From positions 32,001-96,000 of the IMG/VR virus record IMGVR_UViG_2684623050_000001: a stretch of DNA of 64,000 bases; one strand, 5' to 3'. Both the position numbers and the translations under genes were made by a program. The notes beneath the pieces were generated by a model. It made no database searches and had not been told where the DNA came from. It saw only the letters and a program-made list of their open reading frames with translations. Source of the DNA: a virus (lineage: Duplodnaviria; Caudoviricetes). Below, one piece after another: positions 18,290-27,601 of this stretch. The first letter of the stretch is position 1. Every line of letters begins with the position of its first letter.

Positions 18290-19984
18290 GTGACTGATCG
18301 CGTCACGATGGCCCGCGGGGTCGTCAACGCGCAGCTCGTCGGGGCCTCGAAGGAGGTCAAGGCGATGGCGCACGAGGTTCTCAGCTACGCCGTCGAGGGC
18401 GCTGAGTTTTCAGCGGCCTTCGGGCCGGGCAAGTGGGACGGTCGATCCTCCTTCTTCGCGAACGCGACCTGCCGGTTCCCGGCCGGCTTCGCCCACATGC
18501 TCCACGCGGAGCTCACGCGCCGCGGCGTGAAGGTCCAGATCGCAGCCAACCCGCTGCCGAAGCCCAAGGGCTCTCCGGACGTCCTGAGCGACGAGGAGCG
18601 CGACGGAGATCCCCGCTACGCCTATCAGCCCCGCACGATCCGGCAGCTGCTGAAGCACGGCCGCGGCATCGCCCAGATCGCCACGGGCGGCGGCAAGTCG
18701 CGGATCGCCCGGCTCGGCGCGCGGGCGCTGCGCATGCCCACCCTCTTCATCACGACGCGCGGCGTGCTGATGCACCAGATGAAGGAGGGCTTCGAGGAGG
18801 ACGGCTGGCGCGTCGGCGTGATCGGTGACGGCGAGTGGTCCCCGGTGCGCGGCATCAACGTCGCGATGGTGCAGACCCTGATGGCCCGGCTCGCCGAGGG
18901 CTCGGTCGAGAAGGAGCTCACCGCGATCATCGAGCGCCGGGCGCGCGCCGAGGAGCAGGAGAAGCTCGACCTCAAGAAGTCCATGAAGGCCTCGAACGCC
19001 AAGCCCGGCGACATCCACAAGATGCTCGACCGGCTGGAGAAGCGCCAGGAGAGCGAGCGGCTCTCGGACGAGGCCCTGGCGAAGGAAGCGACCGCGAAGG
19101 CCGATCGCCAGAACAAGCTGCGCGCGACCACGATCAAGTTCCTGGAGATGATCGAGTTCGTGATCGGCGAGGAGGCGCACGAGGCGGGCGGCAACAGCTA
19201 CTTCGAGATCCTGCGCCACTGCAAGAACGCCCACTACCGGCTGGCGCTGACCGCGACGCCCTTCATGCGGGACGACGCCGAGGACAACATGCGCCTCATG
19301 GCCGCGTTCGGCCCGATCCTGATCCAGGTCACGGAGAAGGAGCTGATCGACAAGGGCATCCTGGCGACGCCCTATTTCAAGTATGTGGACACGAGCCCGC
19401 CCAAGGCCCTGTTCAAGACCACGCCCTACCAGCGCGCCTACAAGGTCGGGATCTCCGAGAACTCGATCCGGAACGCGGTGATCGTCAACGAGGCGATGAA
19501 GGGCGTGCGCGCCGGCCTGCCGGTGATGATCCTGGTTCAGCACAAGGCGCACGGGGTCAACGTGCAGACCGCGCTGGAGACGGCCGGCGCCAAGGTCCGC
19601 TTCATCCAGGGCGAGGACAACCAGAAGGCCCGCAAGGCGGCGCTGGCCGGGCTGAAGACCGGCTCGATCGAGGTCCTGATCGGCACGACGATTCTGGACG
19701 TCGGCGTCGACGTTCCGGCCGTCGGTATGGTCATCCTGGCCGGCGCCGGCAAGGCAGAGGTCGCGCTCCGGCAGCGGATCGGTCGCGGGCTGCGCGCCAA
19801 GAAGGGTGTCCCGAATATCGCCTTCATTCTCGACTTCGTGGACAAGCAGAACACCCATCTGCGCGACCACGCCCGGCAGCGCCGCGGCATCGTCGAGGCC
19901 ACGCCTGGATTCGCCGAGCGCATCCTGCTCCCGAACCAGGACTTCCCCTGGCACCTGCTCGTTTCGGCAGCGCAGGCCGCGTAG
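18290..19984 (+). CDS. SF2 (DEAH-like, UvsW/ResIII-type) helicase
   Basis: Q motif YQ, ATGGGKS, EEAH, LTATP, LDVGVDVP, QRIGRGLR. Confidence 0.92.
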   Translation: MTDRVTMARGVVNAQLVGASKEVKAMAHEVLSYAVEGAEFSAAFGPGKWDGRSSFFANATCRFPAGFAHMLHAELTRRGVKVQIAANPLPKPKGSPDVLSDEERDGDPRYAYQPRTIRQLLKHGRGIAQIATGGGKSRIARLGARALRMPTLFITTRGVLMHQMKEGFEEDGWRVGVIGDGEWSPVRGINVAMVQTLMARLAEGSVEKELTAIIERRARAEEQEKLDLKKSMKASNAKPGDIHKMLDRLEKRQESERLSDEALAKEATAKADRQNKLRATTIKFLEMIEFVIGEEAHEAGGNSYFEILRHCKNAHYRLALTATPFMRDDAEDNMRLMAAFGPILIQVTEKELIDKGILATPYFKYVDTSPPKALFKTTPYQRAYKVGISENSIRNAVIVNEAMKGVRAGLPVMILVQHKAHGVNVQTALETAGAKVRFIQGEDNQKARKAALAGLKTGSIEVLIGTTILDVGVDVPAVGMVILAGAGKAEVALRQRIGRGLRAKKGVPNIAFILDFVDKQNTHLRDHARQRRGIVEATPGFAERILLPNQDFPWHLLVSAAQAA

Positions 19985-20004
19985 ATCCAGCTATAGAGAG
20001 CAGC

Positions 20005-20205
20005 ATGAGCAACGCACGCAAGCCGGTCGATCCGGTCCACTTCTTCGATGCGCGGGGCAATCACGTCTCGCGTCTCGATCGCCTGGAGCAGGAGAACGCC
20101 CGGCTCCGGGCCCGCAACGAACGGCTCGTGGCGATGCTGCGGGCCCTGAAGCGCAAGGCCGCTCTCGCGGGCGACCAGGCTCCCGACGTCACCACCCTTC
20201 ACTAA
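20005..20205 (+). CDS. Small coiled-coil hypothetical protein
   Basis: MSNARKP...RLEQENARLRARNERL. Confidence 0.45.
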   Translation: MSNARKPVDPVHFFDARGNHVSRLDRLEQENARLRARNERLVAMLRALKRKAALAGDQAPDVTTLH

Positions 20206-20285
20206 CCCCTCCCCTGCCAAATTCTGTAGCCCGAACAAGGGCTTAGTGCGGCTTCCATCATCAGTCAGCAGTGACTTAGCATCCC

Positions 20286-20876
20286 ATGAGCACCACCCTT
20301 CCCCGCTACATCGCCCTCTGCGGCAACCCGAAGGCCGGCAAGACGCTGGTCCAGACGATCCTGCAGCAGGACTACGGCGTCCAGCCGATCGACGACGGGC
20401 TCCCCTTGCGCGAGATCGCCGTCCAGCAGTTCGGGCTGACCTGGGATCAGGTCTCGACCCAGGCCGGCAAGACCGAGTTCGTCGACGTCAACGGCCAGCC
20501 CTGGCAGATCCGCAAGATCCTCGGCGAGATCGGCAACGCGCTGGAAGACAAGTTCGGCCGCAACATCCTGCCGGCGCTCGCCATCCCGCGCGCCGAGCGT
20601 GAGCACCCGGACGCGAAGGCCTTCTCCTTCGGCTCGGTGCGCCGCGATCAGGGCCTCGTCTACCGGGACCGGCTCGGGATGGTGATCGGCGTCCGGAACC
20701 CGCTGGCGCCGCCCACGGGCAACGAGTTCGACACCTTCGACGAGACCATCGTCGATTTCTGGATCGAGAACGACGGCGTGAGCATCGACAACCTCAAGCG
20801 CGAGGTCGCCGCGGCGCTCAAGCACTGGGACGCGCTGATGCACTGCGCCCAGACGATCGCTCGGAGGGCTGCGTGA
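20286..20876 (+). CDS. Deoxynucleoside monophosphate kinase-like P-loop protein
   Basis: IALCGNPKAGKT, PLREIA, RKILGEIG, IENDG. Confidence 0.75.
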   Translation: MSTTLPRYIALCGNPKAGKTLVQTILQQDYGVQPIDDGLPLREIAVQQFGLTWDQVSTQAGKTEFVDVNGQPWQIRKILGEIGNALEDKFGRNILPALAIPRAEREHPDAKAFSFGSVRRDQGLVYRDRLGMVIGVRNPLAPPTGNEFDTFDETIVDFWIENDGVSIDNLKREVAAALKHWDALMHCAQTIARRAA

Positions 20877-20991
20877 TGGCCTGGTTCCGCTTTTGGGTGA
20901 ACGCCGCCCTGACCGCCCAGGGTCTCTCCATCGCCTACTGGACGGCTGTCTCGAATGAGGCGGCCGACCTGATCGAGAAGGATCTCCAGCC

Positions 20992-21693
20992 ATGACCTGG
21001 GGAGGCCTCACCGCGACCAACGGGCACGCGGAGCTCGACACCAGCCGCGTCCGGCAGGGCCTCGACTTCTTCGAGGTCCGATCCGACGGCTCCGGCGAGC
21101 TGCTGGGCTGGGTCCAGGGCATCGACGGCGTTCAGGTCGAGCGCGAGAAGTCCGAGCGGATCACCTTCAACACGGTCGATGTCGACGACGAGGACATGAG
21201 CTTCGTGGTCGAGAGCGACGAGTTCGGTGCGGTCGAGATCCGCGACCAGCCGATCCTGTCGTTCCGGGTGCGCGAGCGCAAGATCACCTACCGCGGCGCC
21301 GATCTCGACCAGAGCCCGAAGCCCTACGAGAACGAGACGCCGCGCTACGCCACCCGCACGCACGGGACCGCCTGGGGCAGCATCAACTACACCTGGCGCG
21401 CGCTCGCGGTCTCAGCCGAGGAAGCCGAGCTCCTGTTCGACTATCCCGAATTCGTGCCCCACACGCCCAAGCCCAACATGCACGAGGTCGCCGGCCTGCT
21501 CGAAGAGGAGCTGTTCCACGGCAAGCTCCCGAGGGCGCCGCAGCTCGAAGGCGTGAACTACGCAGAAACGGATGCTCACGAGCTTGCTCGACAGATCACG
21601 AGAGCCGTGACGAAGGAGCACGAGCGGAGCAATCTCGGTGGATCGTGGACGCCCTCCTATCCCGGCCGCGCCGGCTCGGGGTTCCAGTCATGA
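20992..21693 (+). CDS. Hypothetical protein
   Basis: 233-aa ORF, SD AAGGA. Confidence 0.55.
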   Translation: MTWGGLTATNGHAELDTSRVRQGLDFFEVRSDGSGELLGWVQGIDGVQVEREKSERITFNTVDVDDEDMSFVVESDEFGAVEIRDQPILSFRVRERKITYRGADLDQSPKPYENETPRYATRTHGTAWGSINYTWRALAVSAEEAELLFDYPEFVPHTPKPNMHEVAGLLEEELFHGKLPRAPQLEGVNYAETDAHELARQITRAVTKEHERSNLGGSWTPSYPGRAGSGFQS

Positions 21694-22172
21694 GCGGCTT
21701 CCGCAAGCAGAACTTCTGCGACCTGCTCGATCCGTTCCAGGAGGAGTTCAACCGGTTCATGCTGGGCGAGCTTCTCGGCAGCGGGGAGAGCCGCGTCGTC
21801 TACGCCCAGCCCGACGGCAAGAATCTGGTCTTCAAGGTCGAGGCCGGCTGGAACAAGGGCGAGTTCCACAACGTCCGTGAGTGGAACCTCTGGAAGGAGC
21901 TTGAGGACTATCCCGACGCCCGCGCCTGGCTGGCGCCCTGTCGCGCGATCTCCGAGGGCGGGAAGATCCTCGCCCAGGCCCGCGTGCGCCCGCTCAAGGG
22001 GATCGAGGAGCTCAAGGGCATCAAGATCCCCGACTTCCTCGGTGACTGCCACTGGGGCAACCTCGGGCACTACAAGGGCCGGATCGTCTGCCACGACTAC
22101 GCCTACAACCGGGTCAGCGAGAAGGCGGCCCGCAGCTTCCGGCTCATCAAGAACCGGCGCGAGGACGGGTAG
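21690..22172 (+). CDS. Small protein-kinase-like fold protein
   Basis: G-loop LGSGESRVVY, VFKV, NVRE helix, catalytic-loop DCHWGN, DY. Confidence 0.65.
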   Translation: MSGFRKQNFCDLLDPFQEEFNRFMLGELLGSGESRVVYAQPDGKNLVFKVEAGWNKGEFHNVREWNLWKELEDYPDARAWLAPCRAISEGGKILAQARVRPLKGIEELKGIKIPDFLGDCHWGNLGHYKGRIVCHDYAYNRVSEKAARSFRLIKNRREDG

Positions 22173-22265
22173 CGTTCCGGGTCCGTTCCCTACCCGTTAA
22201 CCGGGCCTTAACGTAAGCATGGGCGAATCCGCTTGTCAGCGACTTCGCGAAACGGAAATCCGCCC

Positions 22266-22946
22266 ATGCTCACCATAGCTTGCCTCTCCCAGAAGGGTGG
22301 CGTCGGTAAAAGCACCCTCACCCGACTGATCGCCCGCAGCTACGCGGCTGCCGGCTGGCGCGTGAAGATCGCCGACCTCAACACCAAGCAGAAGACGTCC
22401 GTGGACTGGGCCTCGCTCCGGATGGAAGCGAACCTGGAGCCGTCCGTCTCGGCCGAGCCCTTCGCCAACGTGCGCCAGGCGCTCCTGCAGTCGATGAACT
22501 ACGACCTCATGGTGTTCGACGGCCGCCCCGATTCCGAGACCGCGGGCCGTGACGTCGCCAAGGAGGCAGACCTCATCATCGTGCCGACCTCGGTCGCGCT
22601 CGACGACCTCGCCCCGCAGGTGAAGTTCGCCCACGAGCTGATCTCCAACGGCATCGAGCGCAAGCGCATCCTCTTCGTCATCAACCAGACGGGCGAGAGC
22701 CAGGTCGAGGTCAACGACGCGCGCGAGTATGTCCGGGTCGCCGGCTACGGCGTCTGCGAGACCCACATCTCGGCCAAGCCCAGCTACCGGACCGCGCAGA
22801 ACACCGGCCGCGCCCTGAACGAGACCACCTTCCCCTCGCTCAATGAGCGCGCCGACGCCCTGATGCAGGAGGTCGTGGATAAGGTCGCCGAGCTCGATCC
22901 CCGCGCCTCCCAGCGTGCCTCCCTGATCGCCAAGGTGCCCGCATGA
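22266..22946 (+). CDS. parA: ParA/MinD-family partition ATPase (type Ib)
   Basis: Deviant Walker A QKGGVGKST, DLNTKQ, ADLIIVP. Confidence 0.93.
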   Translation: MLTIACLSQKGGVGKSTLTRLIARSYAAAGWRVKIADLNTKQKTSVDWASLRMEANLEPSVSAEPFANVRQALLQSMNYDLMVFDGRPDSETAGRDVAKEADLIIVPTSVALDDLAPQVKFAHELISNGIERKRILFVINQTGESQVEVNDAREYVRVAGYGVCETHISAKPSYRTAQNTGRALNETTFPSLNERADALMQEVVDKVAELDPRASQRASLIAKVPA

Positions 22947-23371
22947 GCCGTCTGAAGATCGCCCCGCCTCCCATGCCGGCCGAGCCGGCGCCCGAAGTCG
23001 TTCCAGAGCCCGTAGAGGCGCCCTCCCCTGCTCCGGCTCCCAAGGTCGACGCGCGTCCCTCGCGGCTGTCTGCGGCCCCGCCCAAGCTCGCGCAGGCCCC
23101 GATCAACCTGCACCTGCCCAGCGAAGGCTTCGTCGACCTCAATTTCAAGGTCGAGCCCGAGCTGCGCCAGCGCTTCAAGCTCGAAGCCGTCCGCCGCGGC
23201 ATGTCGAACAAGGAGCTGCTCGAAGCCTGCTTCACCGTCTACCTGGAGACGTTCCCCTCGGACGAGCCCATGCCGACCATCAAGCGTCCGACAGCAGAGA
23301 CGCTCGCCCGGCGTCGGGAGAAGCGGCTGGAGCGCGAGAAGCGTCTCGAACGCATCCGGTCGCGCCAATGA
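22943..23371 (+). CDS. Putative ribbon-helix-helix partition partner (ParG-like)
   Basis: VDLNFKVEPELRQRFKLEAVRRGMSNKELLE RHH pattern; ATGA-coupled to parA. Confidence 0.7.
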   Translation: MSRLKIAPPPMPAEPAPEVVPEPVEAPSPAPAPKVDARPSRLSAAPPKLAQAPINLHLPSEGFVDLNFKVEPELRQRFKLEAVRRGMSNKELLEACFTVYLETFPSDEPMPTIKRPTAETLARRREKRLEREKRLERIRSRQ

Positions 23372-23580
23372 GCGCCGGCCCCGAGGAGATCGACCTGCTG
23401 GAGCTGGCCCGCGAGCTCATGCGGCAGTTCACGCCCGAGGAGAGAACCGAAGTGGTCCGCGAAGCGGACCGTCTCGGGATCTCCGAGGAATACGTCGTCC
23501 TCGAAGCCATCCTGCAGCTCGATCTGTCCGAGTTCGCGCACGGGGAATTGGGGAGTGGGGAGCCTGGGACCCAAGGATGA
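23368..23580 (+). CDS. Small acidic hypothetical protein
   Basis: 70 aa, coupled to the RHH gene. Confidence 0.45.
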   Translation: MSAGPEEIDLLELARELMRQFTPEERTEVVREADRLGISEEYVVLEAILQLDLSEFAHGELGSGEPGTQG

Positions 23581-23756
23581 TCGCCGGGGATCTGGTGCCT
23601 CTCCCAAGGACCGGCCGGAGATGCTGGTGGACACCCGAGGCATAGCCCAGAGCGCGTGAGTGTGGCTCTAGGACATCACTGTGTCTCAAAAACTACAGTG
23701 ACAAACGTGCAACGTGATGCGCGCGTGCATCAGTGTGTCACGCGCGCATCAGTGTG

Positions 23757-24137
23757 TCATGCTTGCTCGTCAAGCACTAATTCGACGCAATGCATAAGAA
23801 AACGCTTGAAGTCTGCGAAGTTGTCGAAGCGAAAACATTGCTTCTGCAATGTAATGTTTTCGTCAAAGTTAAGATCAGAGCATGCATAATGCGCATCGTT
23901 AAGCGTGCGCACAACGACGTGATGAAAGCTGTCGTGCTTGCGTTCGATGCGCACAGCGTCGATGTAGTGAAACTGCATCACAAGCATTTCAACGCGCTCG
24001 CTGTAAGCGTCAAAATCGTCGCGCGCGCTCATGTCAGTGCGATAGTCTGCGAAGCTGTCGAACGCGCTCATCAGCGCTTGCTCTTGCGCGAGCTTGCGTG
24101 TCTCAGCGTTCATCTCAGCGATATCTTGAAGCGTCAT
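23757..24137 (-). CDS. Gly/Pro/Trp-free hypothetical early protein (126 aa)
   Basis: MTLQDIAEMNAE...; GAGAG-type SD; no G, P or W. Confidence 0.7.
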   Translation of the reverse strand: MTLQDIAEMNAETRKLAQEQALMSAFDSFADYRTDMSARDDFDAYSERVEMLVMQFHYIDAVRIERKHDSFHHVVVRTLNDAHYACSDLNFDENITLQKQCFRFDNFADFKRFLMHCVELVLDEQA

Positions 24138-24197
24138 GACGAAAACTCTCTGTGTTGCTGACAAATGCTTGTCGCATGCGTTCGCATTGCAAGTCAA

Positions 24198-24389
24198 TCA
24201 CTGCTGACTGACTTTTTCGAGCTTTTTGCGCGCGCGATGCTTCGCGACACGCAAGCGCGCATCTTCGTCTCTGTGCGACGCGACAAGCGCTAGATAAGCT
24301 TCGCGTGCGCGTTGCTTCTCTGTGCGAAGCTCGCTCAGACGCGCTTCGATTGACGCGATTTCAGCGCGCAGAGCGTCAGACTTGCACAT
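24198..24389 (-). CDS. Gly/Pro/Trp-free coiled-coil protein (63 aa)
   Basis: LRAEIASIEARLSELRTEKQ heptads; no G, P or W. Confidence 0.55.
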   Translation of the reverse strand: MCKSDALRAEIASIEARLSELRTEKQRAREAYLALVASHRDEDARLRVAKHRARKKLEKVSQQ

Positions 24390-24449
24390 AGCGTTTGCTT
24401 CTCATGAGAGCGTCGCACAGCGCGTTCGCGCGCTCTGAGCTAGTGAGAG

Positions 24450-24478
24450 CGCTAGAGACGCGCGAAGCGTCTCTAGCG
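24450..24478 (-). terminator. GG/CC-free 12-bp hairpin after the 24492 gene
   Basis: CGCTAGAGACGC-GCGAA-GCGTCTCTAGCG; no clear U-tract. Confidence 0.55.
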
Positions 24479-24491
24479 TGCGTCTGAGCGC

Positions 24492-25106
24492 TTAGAGCGC
24501 GACGTTCAGCGCTTTCGCGAGACGCTTCGTCGTCGTCGCGCTCAGATTGAGCTTGTAAGCGACTTTGTTCATGTCGTCGCGCGTCTCTGTCAGCACGTCG
24601 AACATTTGCAGCGCATTGATGCTAGAGCTTGACTGAGTGTCAGCAGTGCTTGCAGCGATGCTGCGAGCGTAGCGCGAAATCAGTTGCTCTTTCGTCGCGT
24701 CGCACTTGAGCGCGTCGCACAGCGACGCTTGAGCGTCAGCGTGCGTCATGCTCTTGTCAGCTTTCGTCAGATTGAGAGCAGTCAAGAAAACGTGCTTGCT
24801 GTAGACGTTCAGCGCTTCAGCTTTGACAGCAGCGCGCGCGACGTTGAACACTTTCTCAGCGCTGTAGACGTTGAAACGCTTGTTGCGACGCTCTTGACGA
24901 TTGATGAAGTCAGCAGCGACGTTCGCAGTGTGCATGACTTCGCAAACGACGTCTGACGCGAAGTCAGCGCGAAGCGACTTGAACGTCTTGAAAATGTTTT
25001 CGTTAGCGTTGTTCTCGCGCTCATAAGCTTCGCGAGCGTCGAAAGCAGAAGTGAGAGCGAGCTTGTAAGCAGTGACAGCTTCGTTCTTCGCGACGTTGTT
25101 GCTCAT
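24492..25106 (-). CDS. Gly/Pro/Trp-free putative wHTH protein (204 aa), paralog of 26363..27271
   Basis: ANVAADFINRQERRNKRFNVYSAEKV vs AAVDTAFVNRTQHDGSRYNVYAIDKV; ASTADTQSSSSINALQMFDVL vs ASTAPTQASSTMQALETLGVV. Confidence 0.85.
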   Translation of the reverse strand: MSNNVAKNEAVTAYKLALTSAFDAREAYERENNANENIFKTFKSLRADFASDVVCEVMHTANVAADFINRQERRNKRFNVYSAEKVFNVARAAVKAEALNVYSKHVFLTALNLTKADKSMTHADAQASLCDALKCDATKEQLISRYARSIAASTADTQSSSSINALQMFDVLTETRDDMNKVAYKLNLSATTTKRLAKALNVAL

Positions 25107-25143
25107 GTCTGTGTCTCTCTGTGTTTGTGTGCTGACAAGAGAC

Positions 25144-25171
25144 AATTTAGTCAGTTCGCATTGAGAGTCAA
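25144..25171 (-). promoter_or_regulatory. Sigma70-like promoter TTGACT-N16-TAAATT for the island gene, overlapped by the 18-bp palindrome at 25168
   Basis: Direct reading of the minus strand. Confidence 0.55.
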
Positions 25172-25666
25172 TCAGCACTGAGTGACTTTTTGCAGAAAAT
25201 AGGAATTTTCTTCTGAGACGCATTCTTGCTCTTGACAGTAGCAAGCGAGCAACACGAGCGTGTGCGCAATCTACATGCGCACAATTCAATGATGCACGAT
25301 GTATTGCGCACGATTTAAGAGCGCTTGATCGAGTGATGCGCGAGCGATCGAGCCCGCGCCGCGCCATGGGTCTCTACCGAAGCCCGCCCCAAGCCGTTCC
25401 TAATTTCCGGAACCGGATGGGTCAACGGCGTCCGCCCATGGCAGCCCGATCCCTCCCATGGCACTCCATGGGGCACCAATGCGAAAATATCGTCTCAGGA
25501 GGCCCGTGGAAGCCCGCGGCAGGCTCCGGAGCTGTCCACGGTGCTCCGGACCCTCCCATGGGGCTCCTGCGCGCCCCTGTGCGATCCCATGGGCTGATCG
25601 AGCGCAACGATATGGGGCGCCCCTCGCGAGACGCCCCTCTGTGTGTCGCGCGTGCTGCGCTACCCC

Positions 25667-25987
25667 TTACGCGAACGCTTCCTCGCGCAGCTCCAGTGCT
25701 TCGGCGCGCTCGCGGGCCTTGCGGTCGATCATGCGCTTGCGCTCGGTGCGGCGTCGCGCGATCTCACGCTCCGCATCCTCGACGTAGAAGCTGTCGAGCT
25801 CTCCCTCGACGAACTCACGGTAGGGCACGCCCAGGGCCCGAGCGACACGCATTTCCATTTTCTCCTCTTGGTCGATGATCTTGCTGAGATGCTGCTTCTG
25901 GACGTTCGGAGCAGCGGCGAGGGCGGCATTCGTGAACTCGATCGCGTCGGCGAGGGCGTTGACGACAGAAGAAACGAGATGGCGCAT
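25667..25987 (-). CDS. Hypothetical protein (106 aa)
   Basis: MRHLVSSVVNAL...; GG-free leader upstream. Confidence 0.55.
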   Translation of the reverse strand: MRHLVSSVVNALADAIEFTNAALAAAPNVQKQHLSKIIDQEEKMEMRVARALGVPYREFVEGELDSFYVEDAEREIARRRTERKRMIDRKARERAEALELREEAFA

Positions 25988-26004
25988 TGGTTGATCTCTT
26001 GTCT

Positions 26005-27314
26005 TGTGAAGCGCTGCGCTTCGTTGCTGACAAGAATGACTATGCACTACGAAATGTATGGATAGAACTGGTGCGTTGTGGTGCAGTATGGGGCGACATG
26101 GATATTAGGATACGTCTCCGGCACGGGACGCGGCCCCACCCCACGGCCTCCCATGGGACCCCGCGGCAGGCCGTGGATCACCGGACCGTGCCCATGGGAA
26201 GCCGAGGAAAGCCGGACCGTGGAGGACCGTGGCCTGCCATGGACCATACCAGGGCCCGCCCCTAGCCGTTCCTAATTCCCAGAACCGGAAGCGCGGGCTC
26301 CCATGGGGCGGACCGAGGCAAGAGAAAGGGGCGCACAGGGCGCCCCAGTCTCGTCTCGGGTCTTAGGCGGCCTTCTGGATCTTCTCCTTGAGCGCCGCGG
26401 TGATCGGGGCGTCGGTCAGGGTGAAGGTGGGGTTGCGGCTCGATCCCTCGCGCTTGACAACCCCGAGGGTCTCCAGGGCCTGCATGGTCGAGGACGCTTG
26501 GGTCGGCGCGGTGCTCGCGGAGACCGTGTGGCGCGTCAGGTGCTTCCGGACCGCGATCTCGACCCCATACTTGTCCGAGGCGCACGCCTTGGCGAGTTCG
26601 AGGCTGAAGGCGTGCCCCGCGGCTTGCAGCGCGAAGATCGACTTGAGGCAGGCGCGGTTGATGGCGTTCTTGACCTCACCCGCGTCGCTGCCGAGGGCGC
26701 GCAGGATGTCGACCACTTTGTCGATGGCGTAGACGTTGTAGCGCGACCCGTCGTGCTGCGTGCGGTTCACGAAGGCGGTGTCGACAGCGGCTGCGATCAG
26801 CACGCGGGCCGGAGCCTTGGAGACGCCCATGCCCTCCCGCGCCTTCTTCAGGGTGCGCTGGATGTTGTGGCCGTCGCCTTTCTTCTGGAGCTCGAACTGG
26901 GCGCGCTCGTCGATCGCGGCGTTGATGGTGCGCTGGGCCATCTCGATGTCCGTGTCGTCGAGCAGGTCCATCAGCTCCCGGAAGCTCGGGCCGGTCGGGG
27001 TAGCGGGCGCTTGGAGCTCGTCGCGCATCTCCTCGGCAGCGATCTCCTGAGCCACGAGATCGAGGACCGCATCGGACGCCTCGGCCTCTTGGACCGGCAG
27101 GTCTGCGAAGGTCTCTTCGAGGCTCAGTTGGATCGCGGCGAGGCGCTCGCTCTCGGCAGCGGCGTCGCGGGTGGCGATCATGGCGTCGTGCTGGAGTTCT
27201 CCGAAGTTGACGTTGATCTTCGGGGCGTCGTTCTTGAAGGACTTGCGGGTGCGAGCGGTCTTAGCGGTCATCTGTCTGTCTTTCGTCTGTGAAGCGCTGC
27301 GCTTCGTTGCTGAC
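26005..27314. repeat. Identical 27-bp leader repeat (26005-26031, 27288-27314) containing a GAAGCG/CGCTTC hairpin
   Basis: TGTGAAGCGCTGCGCTTCGTTGCTGAC in the 5' UTRs of two adjacent genes. Confidence 0.85.
26363..27271 (-). CDS. Putative wHTH protein with acidic N-terminus (302 aa)
   Basis: C-terminal STAPTQASSTMQALETLGVVKREG...TFTL resembles a wHTH recognition helix plus wing; hairpin at ~26327-26346 downstream. Confidence 0.75.
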   Translation of the reverse strand: MTAKTARTRKSFKNDAPKINVNFGELQHDAMIATRDAAAESERLAAIQLSLEETFADLPVQEAEASDAVLDLVAQEIAAEEMRDELQAPATPTGPSFRELMDLLDDTDIEMAQRTINAAIDERAQFELQKKGDGHNIQRTLKKAREGMGVSKAPARVLIAAAVDTAFVNRTQHDGSRYNVYAIDKVVDILRALGSDAGEVKNAINRACLKSIFALQAAGHAFSLELAKACASDKYGVEIAVRKHLTRHTVSASTAPTQASSTMQALETLGVVKREGSSRNPTFTLTDAPITAALKEKIQKAA

Positions 27315-27521
27315 GAAGACTAGAAACGATATTTAGGCTAGGGATGCTACTGGCACGTTATGGAAGCTCTAAGCTTCTGGATACACGCTCGCGTGCTCTA
27401 TATACGTGAGAGCCGATCTCCGGGCGCGCCATGGGAGGCCGAGGAGCCCCTTGGGTCGCCGGTGCCTGCCATGAAATCCCATGGGAGCCCGTGGGTCGCC
27501 GGACGCTTGGAAATCCAAGAG

Positions 27522-27601
27522 CTCCAAGTCCGCGTTCCTGTAAATAGGTATATACAGGTAGATAGTAGGTAATAGGTTTTTACAGGAACGCGGACTTGGA
27601 G
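27522..27601. repeat. Perfect 23-bp inverted repeat around a 34-nt AT-rich TAGGT-repeat core
   Basis: CTCCAAGTCCGCGTTCCTGTAAA / TTTACAGGAACGCGGACTTGGAG. Confidence 0.9.

Larger units (their letters stand above)
23673..25352. other. GG/CC-dinucleotide-free island
   Basis: Line-by-line reading finds no GG or CC from 23673 to 25201, one GG at 25202-25203, then none until CC at 25353. Confidence 0.95.

Noticed and set aside
23673-25352. Island as a simple low-GC horizontal acquisition or assembly artefact
   Set aside because: It remains rich in CG/GC, contains the phage's own 18-bp palindrome twice and a paralog of the neighbouring gene, and the same depletion recurs at many promoters.
27522-27601. 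Protelomerase telRL site
   Set aside because: telRL is an uninterrupted palindrome; this repeat has a 34-nt asymmetric core, and no protelomerase gene is visible.
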